A stretch of DNA of 64,000 nt from Paraphysomonas bandaiensis. Lineage: Eukaryota > Protista > Chrysophyceae. A model generated the notes under the pieces. It was not told the origin of the DNA and did not search any database. It was given only the letters and a program-made list of their open reading frames with translations. Each line of letters starts with the position of its first letter. Positions within the stretch are counted from its first letter, which is position 1. A program made the position numbers and the translations under genes. Shown one piece after another: positions 53,286 through 64,000 of the stretch. The DNA lies in NCBI GenBank assembly GCA_965644295.1, contig CBFFRP010000123.1, positions 310,001 to 374,000 of the forward strand, read 5' to 3'.

Positions 53286-55911
53286 TGTTGGAATACGTAT
53301 ATTTTCTCTAAGATGGTACTGTAGAATACGCTAAATACAATGTGAAAAAGAAGTAATACGTAGTCAAAGATATTTTATAGCAGGGATAGGAAAAACATAT
53401 TGCAATACTATTGTTAGATAGCGTTCCATCAATAGTATTGATGGAGTTTATAAAATATACAGGAATGCGAGGAGGAGTCAGTGTCAAGCCGATTTGTTCG
53501 AGATTTTTCAGTTTATAAAAACCGGCCCTACGTGCAATATATTGCCATATATTAGTATGACGTATGACTAATCAGTAAGTAAATACATCCGTAGATTCCA
53601 TTTTAGTACTTGTCGTCATTATAAGGTCTAAGGTCACTTGATAATCAAACCCACTATTCTTAACTAATTATAAGGTTCCTCATACTCATCCTCTGAGCCA
53701 TCATCGGTGACACATCATCATCACCATATTCATCTAATATTAATTGAAATATACTTGTATCCGGCCACAACTGTCGGTTAGCTTTCAGAAACAACAGCAT
53801 ATTAAGTGTAGTAGGATGCATACGTCATCCTCTGTATTGTTACAATAATCACTGTCTGAAAGGAGATATATTCTAACAGCATCTTTCTCACATCTTCTCA
53901 ACTCATATTCTTAGCCTGCTTGGAGTTTTGCAATTCCATTCTAAAAATTTGGACCATTAACAATAACGGAACTGTTTTTCTTTAAAGTAGATAGTGGATA
54001 CCTAGCCCCGAAGTCCCTCAATAAGCCAGCAAAAAAGGCCCGGCCTTCATAAAGATTCACTTGACTTGATCCTCGTGTTTGAATCAACTTCAAGACCATT
54101 TTGATTATATTTTGTATGGCTGATTCTATTGGACTATTTTGTTGTTTTGTTTTATGTAGAGTCCCAATTTTTCTGGTTTTTAGGTGTCGATTATTTTCCA
54201 CTCCGTGCTGTAAGGGATATCCAGATATCATGGGGAGATACGATATAGTGATATGGACTGATAGCGGCCTGATTGAAAGAGAAGTCCAACTCTACTTTAT
54301 CATGAGTTCATTGGGTTGATATATGAGTAGCTATTAGCATTATTTATTAACAGTATGCTAGTATTGAGCGATATGAGTGAGCATAGCAAGAAAAAGGCCT
54401 GTTCAATTGAAACAACAGAACCGGATGATACTAGAAAGCGAGCCGAATCTACAGAATCCCAAACCAGAATTGAAAATTGTCCACGCCGAATATCATTCCG
54501 GTCTGTTATGAACAAATATTTTGGAGGCTTACAAATTCAGAAATTACTTTATTGTGATTGTGGCTGTTCCAGTTCTCTTCTTCCAGTAGTGGACTCAGTT
54601 GATACTTTACAGGATATATTTAATTGGGAGATACAAAATACCACATATCAAGTGGAAATAGTCCCGGAGGCACAACAATTTCTCTACTTGTGATGAAGAA
54701 CACTCCGTATGATAAATTAACTTTTAAACTATGTACCGACATTGATTCTCCTGGGTTGCCAATTGATCATCTTCGATTTTCATTGAGTACAGAAGACATC
54801 TGTTGGACATAGTGCTGCGGGTAAGTTTTCACAAAACGAAATTGCTAAACTACGAGCAGAATCTAAATTTCATGGGAGAAGAAGTCATGGCTTACTTGGG
54901 CAACAGATATTGGATCAATTTGCTTTCATTAAATACATGGGATGCGAAATTTGTGCTGACCCCTCCAAATGCACCTTGCCAGAGACTTTTCTGGAACTCG
55001 GTCATCAACTTATAGATTTGGTCTCTCAAACAAGGGATGGACTACCTGATTCGTTTTTGATGACTGGGAAGATACCGATTTTGCTTTTGAAGATGATGAC
55101 CACATAGTTGAATTTTGTGAAGAAATCTGACTGCTAGAAACATATATTACTAAGTAATTACATTATTATTTTTTGCAAAACTATTTTGTTCACCAACAAT
55201 AGTAGTTAGCAACTTCAATTTAATCACAACAGTGATCGCAAGTAGGCAAATAGAAGCAAATAATAGCTGTCAGTCATTGCAAATGTGGAACCCCATCAGC
55301 TATCTTCTTTTTTACGGAGCTTACTAGTATTCTTTAGAGTTCGCAATTAGCAGCAAAGTATCCACCAAGCTTGAATGCTTATATCAAATGAACAGCATAA
55401 CTGCCAGATTCACTTTGTGACTTGAACAGGAATGAGAGATACAGGCATGCCATATACTCAAATTGTCAATCAATCGTGCCCATTCGGGATTGTAATTTTC
55501 ATTGTCTCCTGAATCCTGAATAAATTTAAATGTTTGGTTATGAGTGGACAGAAAATTATCTGCTTTGTTATAAGTGGACAAAATATTATCTGCTGACTAT
55601 ATACTATATACGACTCACGTTAGTTTCCCTGTTGGAATACGTATGTTTCTCTAAGATAGTACTGTAGAATACGTTAAATACGATGTGAAAAACAGTAATA
55701 CTATACAGGAGTCAAAGATACTATATAGCTATAACTGTGAAACTGAAGTATTGTATCATAAGTTGAGCAGTGGTTGACATGAACGAAATAGTTATCATGT
55801 TGTTGACAAGTTTTACATGACAACACACACAATTGTGTATGCAATTTGAATAAAATAGTCTATATAGTTTAATAAACTTCTCTCAACTATCTTAATGACC
55901 AATAGTCAATA
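53286..55911 (+). mobile_element. LTR-bounded composite element: partial LTR 53286-53380 and full LTR 55630-55911 around a decayed hAT element
   Basis: Both LTRs begin TGTTGGAATACGTAT. Outer flanks are TGGTT (53281-53285) and TGGTT (55912-55916). Confidence 0.65.
53670..55600 (-). pseudogene. Decayed hAT-superfamily transposase (oomycete/stramenopile type)
   Basis: In order on the minus strand: GDNENYN...HSCSSHKVNLAV (CxxH), LRTLKNTSKLRKK.DS*WGSTFAM (TRWxST motif, Arg codon now TGA), IVNGPNF*NGIAKLQAG...EKDAV, and RMHPTTLNMLLFLKANRQLW. Multiple stops and frameshifts. A CAGGG terminus is at 53381. Confidence 0.8.
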
Positions 55912-56386
55912 TGGTTATAACTTACACATGTACTACTATGTACTAGACCTAATGCAGATTGAAGTTTAGTAATAGTAAGTAGTAAGAAGAATGTTGCGAT
56001 TATTAGAGTGTACAGTACTGAACACAGTAATCTAGAAAAGAGAATAACAATGCAGAATGCAGATCATAACTATCACATACAACGGAATAGTTAGAAGTAT
56101 ATCTGACAATGACTATCAAGTATCTTCAACAGATATTTATATTTCATTGCACATTATATTTCACATATACTATCTTATATTAAGATGAATTCTAATAGAC
56201 CTACTACTTGTACACTTCACGTATACGAAAGGCGGCATCTGCGAACTTCACTTCAAAATGAATTCATTTATCTGGGTTGCTCACTATACATACAAGCAAA
56301 ATACTTCATGGATCACTTGCATAAATAGTGTTTATATAACAACACACAGAAATAATTTCGCATACATCATATAGAAACACCATAAA

Positions 56387-56977
56387 TCACACAGAATCAT
56401 CTTGAATACTGTAATTTAATACGGCGTTGTCAACATTCCGGACGCTAACGATAATGGTGGAACTGCTTTCCCCACTACCGAATGCATTGACAATCGCTTC
56501 AAGCATATCTCTATCAGCAACCTCAAAATCTTCTAAAACATCTTCACTATTCGGGTCTGCTGGCATTAACAGCAGCCGCCTATTGTCATCGACATCAGCA
56601 ACGACATAGCGGGTGGAGTCAGAAGTCGGCATATTGCATGTTTCAGTAATGTCCGACTGTAAACTAGCTAACCATCTTAGACATTGTTGCTTTCCTTTAG
56701 AAGTCACCAATTTACCCTCAGGAAGCTTCAAGTAGTCATCAATTAAATCTATTGTTGGTTCCTTTATTGCTTCCATTGTAGTGCACATCGAATAGTATGA
56801 CTGAAGCAATGAAAATAATTTAGATTTCGATGAATCAGGCACAATTTCATTCTGATGTTTTTGCATCCATCTTCTCAACTTTTGTACTTCTGAAGTTATT
56901 CTTTTACTGTTAAGGCCTTCACCACTCGTCAATCGAGATAAATCACTTGCAAATAAATTGATTCGTTCAGTTGCCAT
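56387..56977 (-). CDS. Hypothetical protein (~196 aa) with eIF5A-like C-terminal OB domain
   Basis: Intact single-exon ORF. C-terminus YVVADVDDNRRLLLM...EDVLEDFEVADRDMLEAIVNAFGSGE...IIVSV resembles the eIF5A C-domain. Confidence 0.65.
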   Translation of the reverse strand: MATERINLFASDLSRLTSGEGLNSKRITSEVQKLRRWMQKHQNEIVPDSSKSKLFSLLQSYYSMCTTMEAIKEPTIDLIDDYLKLPEGKLVTSKGKQQCLRWLASLQSDITETCNMPTSDSTRYVVADVDDNRRLLLMPADPNSEDVLEDFEVADRDMLEAIVNAFGSGESSSTIIVSVRNVDNAVLNYSIQDDSV

Positions 56978-57542
56978 TATCGTTCTTATACCCTGCAATT
57001 ACTCTACATAGACAACAACACTATAGCAGGTACAGTAGCTGCCTCATATCAATAGCAATAGCAGGAATAGCTAGCAGCACATTGATATTGTAGTTTTCTG
57101 GTTGAAATACTGCTTCAAAACTCTCGAAAAACATTCACAATTTTCTAGATTTTAGGATTTCTAAGTAGTTTGTAAGCCATCAAAAATGGTATTGGAACTG
57201 GAAATTAGTATATCGGAGATTTATTTTACCAAAAATATTACCATTTGTGGTCTATAAAATAACCATCTCAGGGATTAAAATTGGCAATTTTTACATAGTT
57301 TCGAAATTTACTTAGAATTCTAAACATAATACGTAAGTCCTGTAGGAATTCCAGTATCATAATGCGTCAGTCGTATACTGGATCAAAACATATGGAAGAA
57401 TGCTAACCGTAAGTGCGATAGTTGCATTCTGCCTCACATGGATGACATACTGGGGATGATGCTCATGATATTCTTCTCTCATCTAAACTTCAATCACAGA
57501 CGAATGAGATAACCAACTAGTATCATACATTAAAGTACTAGT

Positions 57543-58554
57543 ATGATGGCTAACGCATATGACTACGATGGATATTGTTACTACATGCCTTCCTACGATA
57601 ACCACATACAAGATGTGCATGCAAATGATACTGGTGGTAGTAGATGGCAGTCATTACATCCACAGAGAGGTACGTGCTTGAGTCCCTCGCCTCGTCCTCA
57701 GATAGACAATGCACCTGTGTTCCGCATGGACACTATCGGGTGTATGAATACTGGTAATATATTTATCGTTCTCAGTGTAATTGATTGTTGACTCTGTTTA
57801 TGAAGCAGATGGATGTCGAAACGGGCCCCTGAATGTTCGACCAATGCTATTATACCCTAATAATAAGATTATTCTAATTCCAGAGAATGAGAATATGAGT
57901 GCGTCTTTGTTGAGAATTCTTAATGACGAGAATCTATCTTCTGATCCTCTAAACTTACATTCCACACCAAAAAAGACGTTATGGTTAAATATTTGTCCTT
58001 CGGATCGGATGAGTGCTATGACATCGGTGATGCAGAGTCCAGAAGATGCATCCATCATTGTCCCCATTGTGCCCACACCTCTTGCTTCCGTTCGTCTTCC
58101 TCCAAAACTTACGCATCCGAAATACATCACCCAGTCACATGCTTTGAGTTCATATCGGGTGCAAGTCAACACTGGGAAAAAATCTGCCAAGAATGAGAAG
58201 TTCAGTCGGAATGTGGGCAATATTGAGGATGCTATGTGGCTGTGTGAATGCGCGCTTATTATGAGTGGCAATGTCTCTTCACTGCGAAATCTTGTTGAGA
58301 AAGGAAATTACAAATGTTTTGTTCAACGAAGAATGATAGGTTCGTTGTCTGATTTTCCCGCAAAATTGAGGTATAATGCAATAGCATTCAAAGAGTGTGG
58401 TATATTGCGACAAGCAGAGTGTGAGTGTGTATTGAATTTTTTAGAGAGCCACACTTTTTATGGTATGGAGCACACTGTTGGGCGTGTTACGGGAAATAAG
58501 AGGGAAAGGGGAGAGACTGATGATGTTTCATCCTTAATGTCGCGTGATTTCTAA
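57543..58554 (+). CDS. Hypothetical protein, possible AP2-like DNA-binding domain; intron 57754-57808
   Basis: Two ORFs are joined in frame by a 55-nt GT-AG intron. Segment KYITQSHALSSYRVQVNTG...KFSRN...EDAMWLCECAL is AP2-like. The start is uncertain. Confidence 0.55.
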
Positions 58555-59997
58555 TGAAGAATAGTTCAGGTTAACTATTGTAGGAAATAACACTGGAGTC
58601 GAATGCACAGATGTGATACGAAGTGGTACACTACGTCATCATTCGATATATATACTGAATACTCCTGACACAGATGATTTTTGTGTGTGAGTACTACAAG
58701 AAGTGATGTGTTGTTTGTTTTTTATTATCGGAATTCACCCTTTGCCGTTTGATGGATGTAATCGTTGTTGTTTCCAAAAGTAATGATATTGTTTATTACT
58801 ATGAGTTAGTTAATGTTGTGTTTATTATAGTAGTGATATTGTTTTTTAATTTAATTATGAAAAGTGTATTGGAATGAGATAATAGTTGCTAGTATTAGTT
58901 GTAATATTAAGTAAACTGGGTAGCTGTTTTCATCATTTCAATGCTGTTAGTGTTAGAATTTAGAATTGGACAGTTCACTGAAGTTAACTTAGTTCTACAT
59001 GTGAAGTGTAGCTTGGCATACTGTTAGGAAAAGCACTTTCCTTGTTTATTTTATTAAAAGTATTTGTATGTGGGAATATTTTTCTATTTACTGTTTCTTG
59101 TTTGCCAATGTGTCGTGTGGGATTATTTAGTAGAAATAGTGAGAAGAACGTTGTTATTATTATAATATAAAGTGATGAACACAGTAATGTATAAAAGACA
59201 AAAATAATTCAGAAGATAACTATCACGCACAATGGAATAGTTAGAAGTATAACTGACAATGACGATCAGGTATGTTCGACAGATACTATCATTAATTCAG
59301 TCATACTAGGTAATAATGTCATTAAATTTACAGTTTCTACTAGTATCGTTTTCCCCAAGTTAAGACTATTTTGATTTTGAGTTCTGCTGTATTTTTTGAT
59401 ATATATTGTGCAATTAGAATAGGTTGTTTAATACAGGTGTAACTGGTAAATATAGATTCGAATGAAGTAAATTCACTCATTGAAGTACAACTATATATGA
59501 TATAAGATTGGCTGTAAACATATGACAAACAGATGTTACATGAATATGCTATAAAGTATTGGGATAAGTAATTATAGTTTTTGTTGATAACTAAACAAGT
59601 TGAAGGTTTACGTGGAGAAGGTTAAATTCCTGTTCTACGTCACAATCATTAGTATTCTGATATCGATAATATACGTAAATAAGAGCTAGTTTCTACTTAG
59701 CAACAACAGAGGAAGTATTTCTTACTAAAACAATTTCGCATTACTTGTTCAATACTCAATCGTAGGGATGCGAGTACAGGTTATCGAAAGTATAGTATTA
59801 ATTCGGCTATATGGGTTCTTTGCTTCGTACATTTTAAATTACTATTAGATGATCATGCAAGTTAGCCGACAAAATATAACACAGTGACGAACAATGAATT
59901 ATTACAAAGGTACTAGCAAACTAACGAACGATGTATAATTCTTTTGTGGAGTATGAAACTAAAATATTAGAAATTGGCAGGGATATCTCGTGCTCAT

Positions 59998-60601
59998 TCA
60001 TGGAATGGGCTTAATTTTGAAATGAAGAGTTATCAGTGAAAATACAAGGCATTTTAAATCTTGAACCAGATAATAAAATATACGCAGACCTTCTGGATCA
60101 TTGCTTTCTTGTACATTTAAAAGAGACCCAATTTTGGCACACTATAAGTGCAAGATTAAGTCAGACAAAAAACATTTGCAGTTATAGATTACCGCAAACG
60201 ATATGTGATCAGAGCCAAGCTTAATCTCGAGTTCCTGCCGACCAACTCTATCTGGTGCTGGCCAGTTATGATCATCTTCTTTAGTAACTTCGCTATCAAG
60301 AATAATTCTTTTGATTTCTTCCATTACAGTTGTGCTGAGTGTCACTATTGACAGTAATGAGTACCAATAAAGTGCTCACAGGAAACTAAAACCTTCTTTT
60401 CTAATCATCACATCATTCTTATAGTTGGAGTTATTCGCATAACGTAATTTTCCGTTGGGGGAAATCTCGAATTCCATAAACTCATGACCAAACTTGCCCT
60501 TGTGACCAACACTGTCGAAAAGTACACCACACTGTGAAACCGACAACTGTATAATGCTTTGTAAACACTTACTAATATCTGCAATAAAACTCTTCTTCCA
60601 T
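59998..60601 (-). CDS. MAGOH: Mago nashi (exon junction complex core); 4 exons
   Basis: [17 protein letters not shown]...[38 protein letters not shown] and KIGSLL...[32 protein letters not shown]. Confidence 0.97.
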
Positions 60602-60677
60602 TCGATCGTTAAAACTGTCGACTAGGGGTGAAAACTACTATGCACATGAGCCCGAGATTAGCTTCTTCCAAGCTACA

Positions 60678-60991
60678 CATACATACATACATACATACAT
60701 ACATACATACATACATACATACATACATACATACATACATACATACATACATACATACATACATACATACATACATACATACATACATACATACATACAT
60801 ACATACATACATACATACATACATACATACATACATACATACATACATACATACATACATACATACATACATACATACATACATACATACATACATACAT
60901 ACATACATACATACATACATACATACATACATACATACATACATACATACATACATACATACATACATACATACATACATACATACATACA

Positions 60992-61021
<30 letters not shown>
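60678..61021. repeat. Perfect (CATA)~86 microsatellite
   Basis: Directly visible, 344 bp. Confidence 0.98.
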
Positions 61022-61023
<2 letters not shown>

Positions 61024-61114
61024 CATTCATAGTACAGAGTATTGTTATATCTGAATATAGCAGTGGTTGCTTGTGTTGCTATTTGTTGCTATTTGTTCTG
61101 TTTAAAAGTGACCA

Positions 61115-61570
61115 ATGGCCAGTTTTATTGATCCTATTCCTGGCGTTGATGACAGTTGTCAACCTCTCCAGAATCAAGCAAGCTTTACTACTAACGGTGT
61201 TACGACCAAAGTGGTAGTGAGCTCATACTCTGATAGACACTTTGTGCTAGTCACACAGATAGATAAAGTAGGAACATTGGTGAGTAGTATGAAGATATAA
61301 TGATACTGTTGTTTTGAATGCTCTTGTTTCGTGTAGATAACAGCACAAAGCTTGGTTAGTCCTGATGGATCAGTTGTGTACGATTTAGCAACTGTGTTTG
61401 GACGAAGGGATGATCCATTACTAGATGTTTATGCCCGTCAAATTATTGAAAGAATATCGAAACATTCTAAGCATCCACTTATTTTAGGCATTTCTCTAAA
61501 AGAGGATGGTAGGGACTCGGTCATATTCCAAGAAGTGCTCCGTACTATCGAAACTATACGAACGTGGTAA
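61115..61570 (+). CDS. PSMG3: Proteasome assembly chaperone 3 (PAC3); 2 exons
   Basis: NGVTTKVVVSSYSDRHFVLVTQIDKVGTL|I...VFGRRDDPLLDVYARQI...PLILGISLK. Confidence 0.85.
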
Positions 61571-62740
61571 TAAAATAATGTGGGAATTAATTAAACGTTC
61601 TCGAATTAAGTGTTCTGTTCGACAAATAACTAGACTGTAGGGGCAATTACCCGCGTGTTCAGTGTAGAAGGCGAAGTATCCTAGTACGCTTGTTGTAGTA
61701 ATCGTAGTAGTTGGGTGCTTGAACAGAAACATCCCTTGACGAGCAGCTACATATTAAACTCGACGTATCACTGAAAAGAACCCTTTACTACGCACAATTT
61801 AAACGTACTTTGCTTACTTCGCTCTTCCTAATTCCACCCTTTCCTACTATGCCTTTCCAATTCTAACAGTTTTTACGCATGAACCGCCGCTCTGGAATGA
61901 AGTGGCAGTTGAGGTAGCTAGAGTAAAAAGTGTACAGATAATGTAGTTTAGTATTAAATAATTGCAATAATTGAAATTGAGACAGCAAGTAATAATTGCA
62001 ATTATAATAGACTACAACCTACAACCGTGTAAATTACTTGATCTTGATACGCAGCCCTGATAACTTGGTGTCACCTATTGCGTACTGAATACTATTAACC
62101 CAATTTCATTGCACAATAAATATTATATATCATACTTGACAGAAGAAATTTCAATAAAGCCGTAGTAGCTAGTAGGGATTGAATAAATAGGAAGAGAATA
62201 AAACACATGATTATTAAGAAAATGGTGGGATATACTGACCAAAAGCGATATTCTGGTCAAGGGAAACAAGGAAATATTACGTCTAGAGGAAAAAATATCA
62301 AGCGATAGGTCCCAATAGTTTATAGTTATTCTAGCATAGTCTAAAAATCTTCGTTGTCGACTTTATCTTCCTCCAAGTCGTCGTTCTTGCTCTGCACAAG
62401 GCTATTGCGAACAACTGTAGCTCCAACGGGATCCAGAGGTTCAAATATAGCCGACGCGCGGTGCTGATTGTCGTTGTAAGTGGACCCCGCAAGAATCATC
62501 ATTATGTGCATGCATACAATAAGTCCAGTGGCGGATACAAGACTCACACGGAAAGAGGTGCAGTACGACTCCGCCTGGCTTTCAGTAGGGTACCCGAATG
62601 TTCCCGTGGTCTCAGCTAAAAACATAGTTGTCAAAACAATACTAAATATCAGCCTGCCATAACTCACGATTAAGGAAGTAGTCTCGGCATTCGTCGAAGT
62701 CGTAAAAATTGTTGTAGTCGTAGAACCTGCAAACAACATG

Positions 62741-63790
62741 GCGCACATCATGCTTCTCACCTGCACACACCCTGAACCACTCACATACGTGAAGATGTCC
62801 ACCAAGCACACCACAGTAAACTTGACAAACTTCGCACGCGCACGCTCCCCCATCCCTGGTTTCACACCGCCATAATCAAACTATCAAAAGCCGCACGGAA
62901 TCCAAACACCCCCCAGGTTGGGCGCTACTGGACCGGCCACACAATTGGCTGACGCATTCGGATGCCACATATCCAGCTCACTGCTCGAACATCAATTCCA
63001 CGCCCTAGAAAAATCCATCACCTCTCTATCCTGCTCCCCCTATATAATGGAGGGCTCCGCTTGCTTCGAAACAGGGGACTCAGACACCACAACGCAGACA
63101 CGACACCAGTAAATGACACCGACACACTCACAGCAACGTCAGTCCCAGGATACTCACTCGACACCAAAAATACTCCAGCTACTCCAGGCGACATCTACCC
63201 CAAGAATTCCATCCTCTGCAAGAGTCCGAACCCGACAGAGGCAAGCGCAACCACTTCGGAAACAACTCTTCCTTACTTGTGGCCGAAACTCCACCTCGAC
63301 AACCAGCACCATCTCCACCACCGATTTCCACTCTCATATACATCTCGCCCCATCCACTCCTCATATATAATAACCCATCATGGCACCCTCAACAAAGTCG
63401 GGCTCGCACCTTTTCGTGGTGTTCTGGGGGATAAGTACCGGAGAGAATCTCTCTGGGAAACTAACGTGAGCCGCAATCATAGTCAGCAGATATTCTTCTG
63501 CCCACTCATAGCCGAATGCTTGTGTGGTACAAGGGACACCAATAAGTGTCACTTGTGTAGACGTGTTTGGGCCCTGACGAATAAATAGGCATCCGGGACA
63601 GGGCCCACCTGAAGGGTAACCGGGGTATTGGGCTGCCTACTGAAGTCAAGCATCCAGGATGTTCACCTTAAGAACTCAGAACGGAAGTGGTCGCACCTTG
63701 GTGCTTGCGGCGACACACAAGCAGCTTCCGTAGCGTTAAATAGCAGAATAAAAAAAGTATGCAGTGATTAGTTACAGGTATAGGTCTAAC
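62741..63790 (+). mobile_element. 5'-truncated, degenerate non-LTR retrotransposon (ORF2 C-terminus + 3' tail)
   Basis: Frameshifted translation HIML.TCTHP...IREDVHQAH...LPHPWFHTAIIKLSKAARNPNTPQVGRYWTG...ILLPLYNGGLRLLRNRG is homologous to the ORF at 36125-36532. C/A-rich sense strand. The tail is repeated at 1319, 16211 and 35640. Confidence 0.65.
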
Positions 63791-64000
63791 TAGTTTGTCT
63801 AGCATTCATCTAGCTACTAAGTTGGTGCAGGTTTTTAACGCCTATTGCTAATAATAAGACTTTCAATATATAGCCCGCCAGACACATTGCCCAAAGGCAG
63901 ACCCCCCGACTAACCTCACTACAAAGGACAAGGGACGGTTGCACCATGGTGCTCGCAACGATACGCAAGCAGTCCCGAGACGGTTGCCCGCAACTAGTAG

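Noticed and set aside
60609-61032. ORFs of (MYVC)n / (HTYI)n, also at 3202-3500
   Set aside because: Translation artefacts of the stop-free TATG/CATA microsatellites.
1-64000. Alternative genetic code or tRNA/rRNA genes
   Set aside because: Conserved proteins (mago, SDC, SFXN) translate normally and end in TAA, TAG or TGA. No tRNA cloverleaf or rRNA motif was recognised by eye; tRNAscan-SE/Infernal would be needed to exclude them.

Overview
Eukaryotic nuclear DNA, gene-dense, with short (~45-60 nt) GT-AG introns. Gene content and the transposon families suggest a flagellated stramenopile/ochrophyte-like protist (inference). About 22 protein-coding genes can be reconstructed: Sec7/BIG ARF-GEF 3' end, a small Cys/His zinc-finger protein, codanin-1, CFAP119/C1a-32-like, membrane-anchored purple acid phosphatase, a ~2,470 aa CEP95-N/Rdx/ZZ/EF-hand/C2/LRR protein, LYRM7, serine decarboxylase, C2-FYVE, WW-MyTH4, sideroflexin, GT61, SohB-like S49 peptidase, CDK5RAP3, a short secreted phytochelatin-synthase-like enzyme, an orphan with an eIF5A-like C-terminal domain, mago nashi, PAC3 and several hypotheticals. 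Sixteen of these genes sit in eight head-to-head pairs with 380-660 bp spacers. The other gaps hold transposon debris: a copia-like solo LTR with a target-site duplication, a hAT MITE with empty-site paralogs, an LTR-bounded composite containing a decayed hAT transposase, and several 3' fragments of a non-LTR retrotransposon with a conserved, apparently structured 3' tail. No CRISPR array, rRNA or tRNA was seen. I cannot demonstrate a complete new biological system. The best leads are the giant multidomain protein, the eIF5A-derived orphan, the divergent-pair architecture and the structured LINE tail. All family calls come from motif recognition by eye, not database searches.
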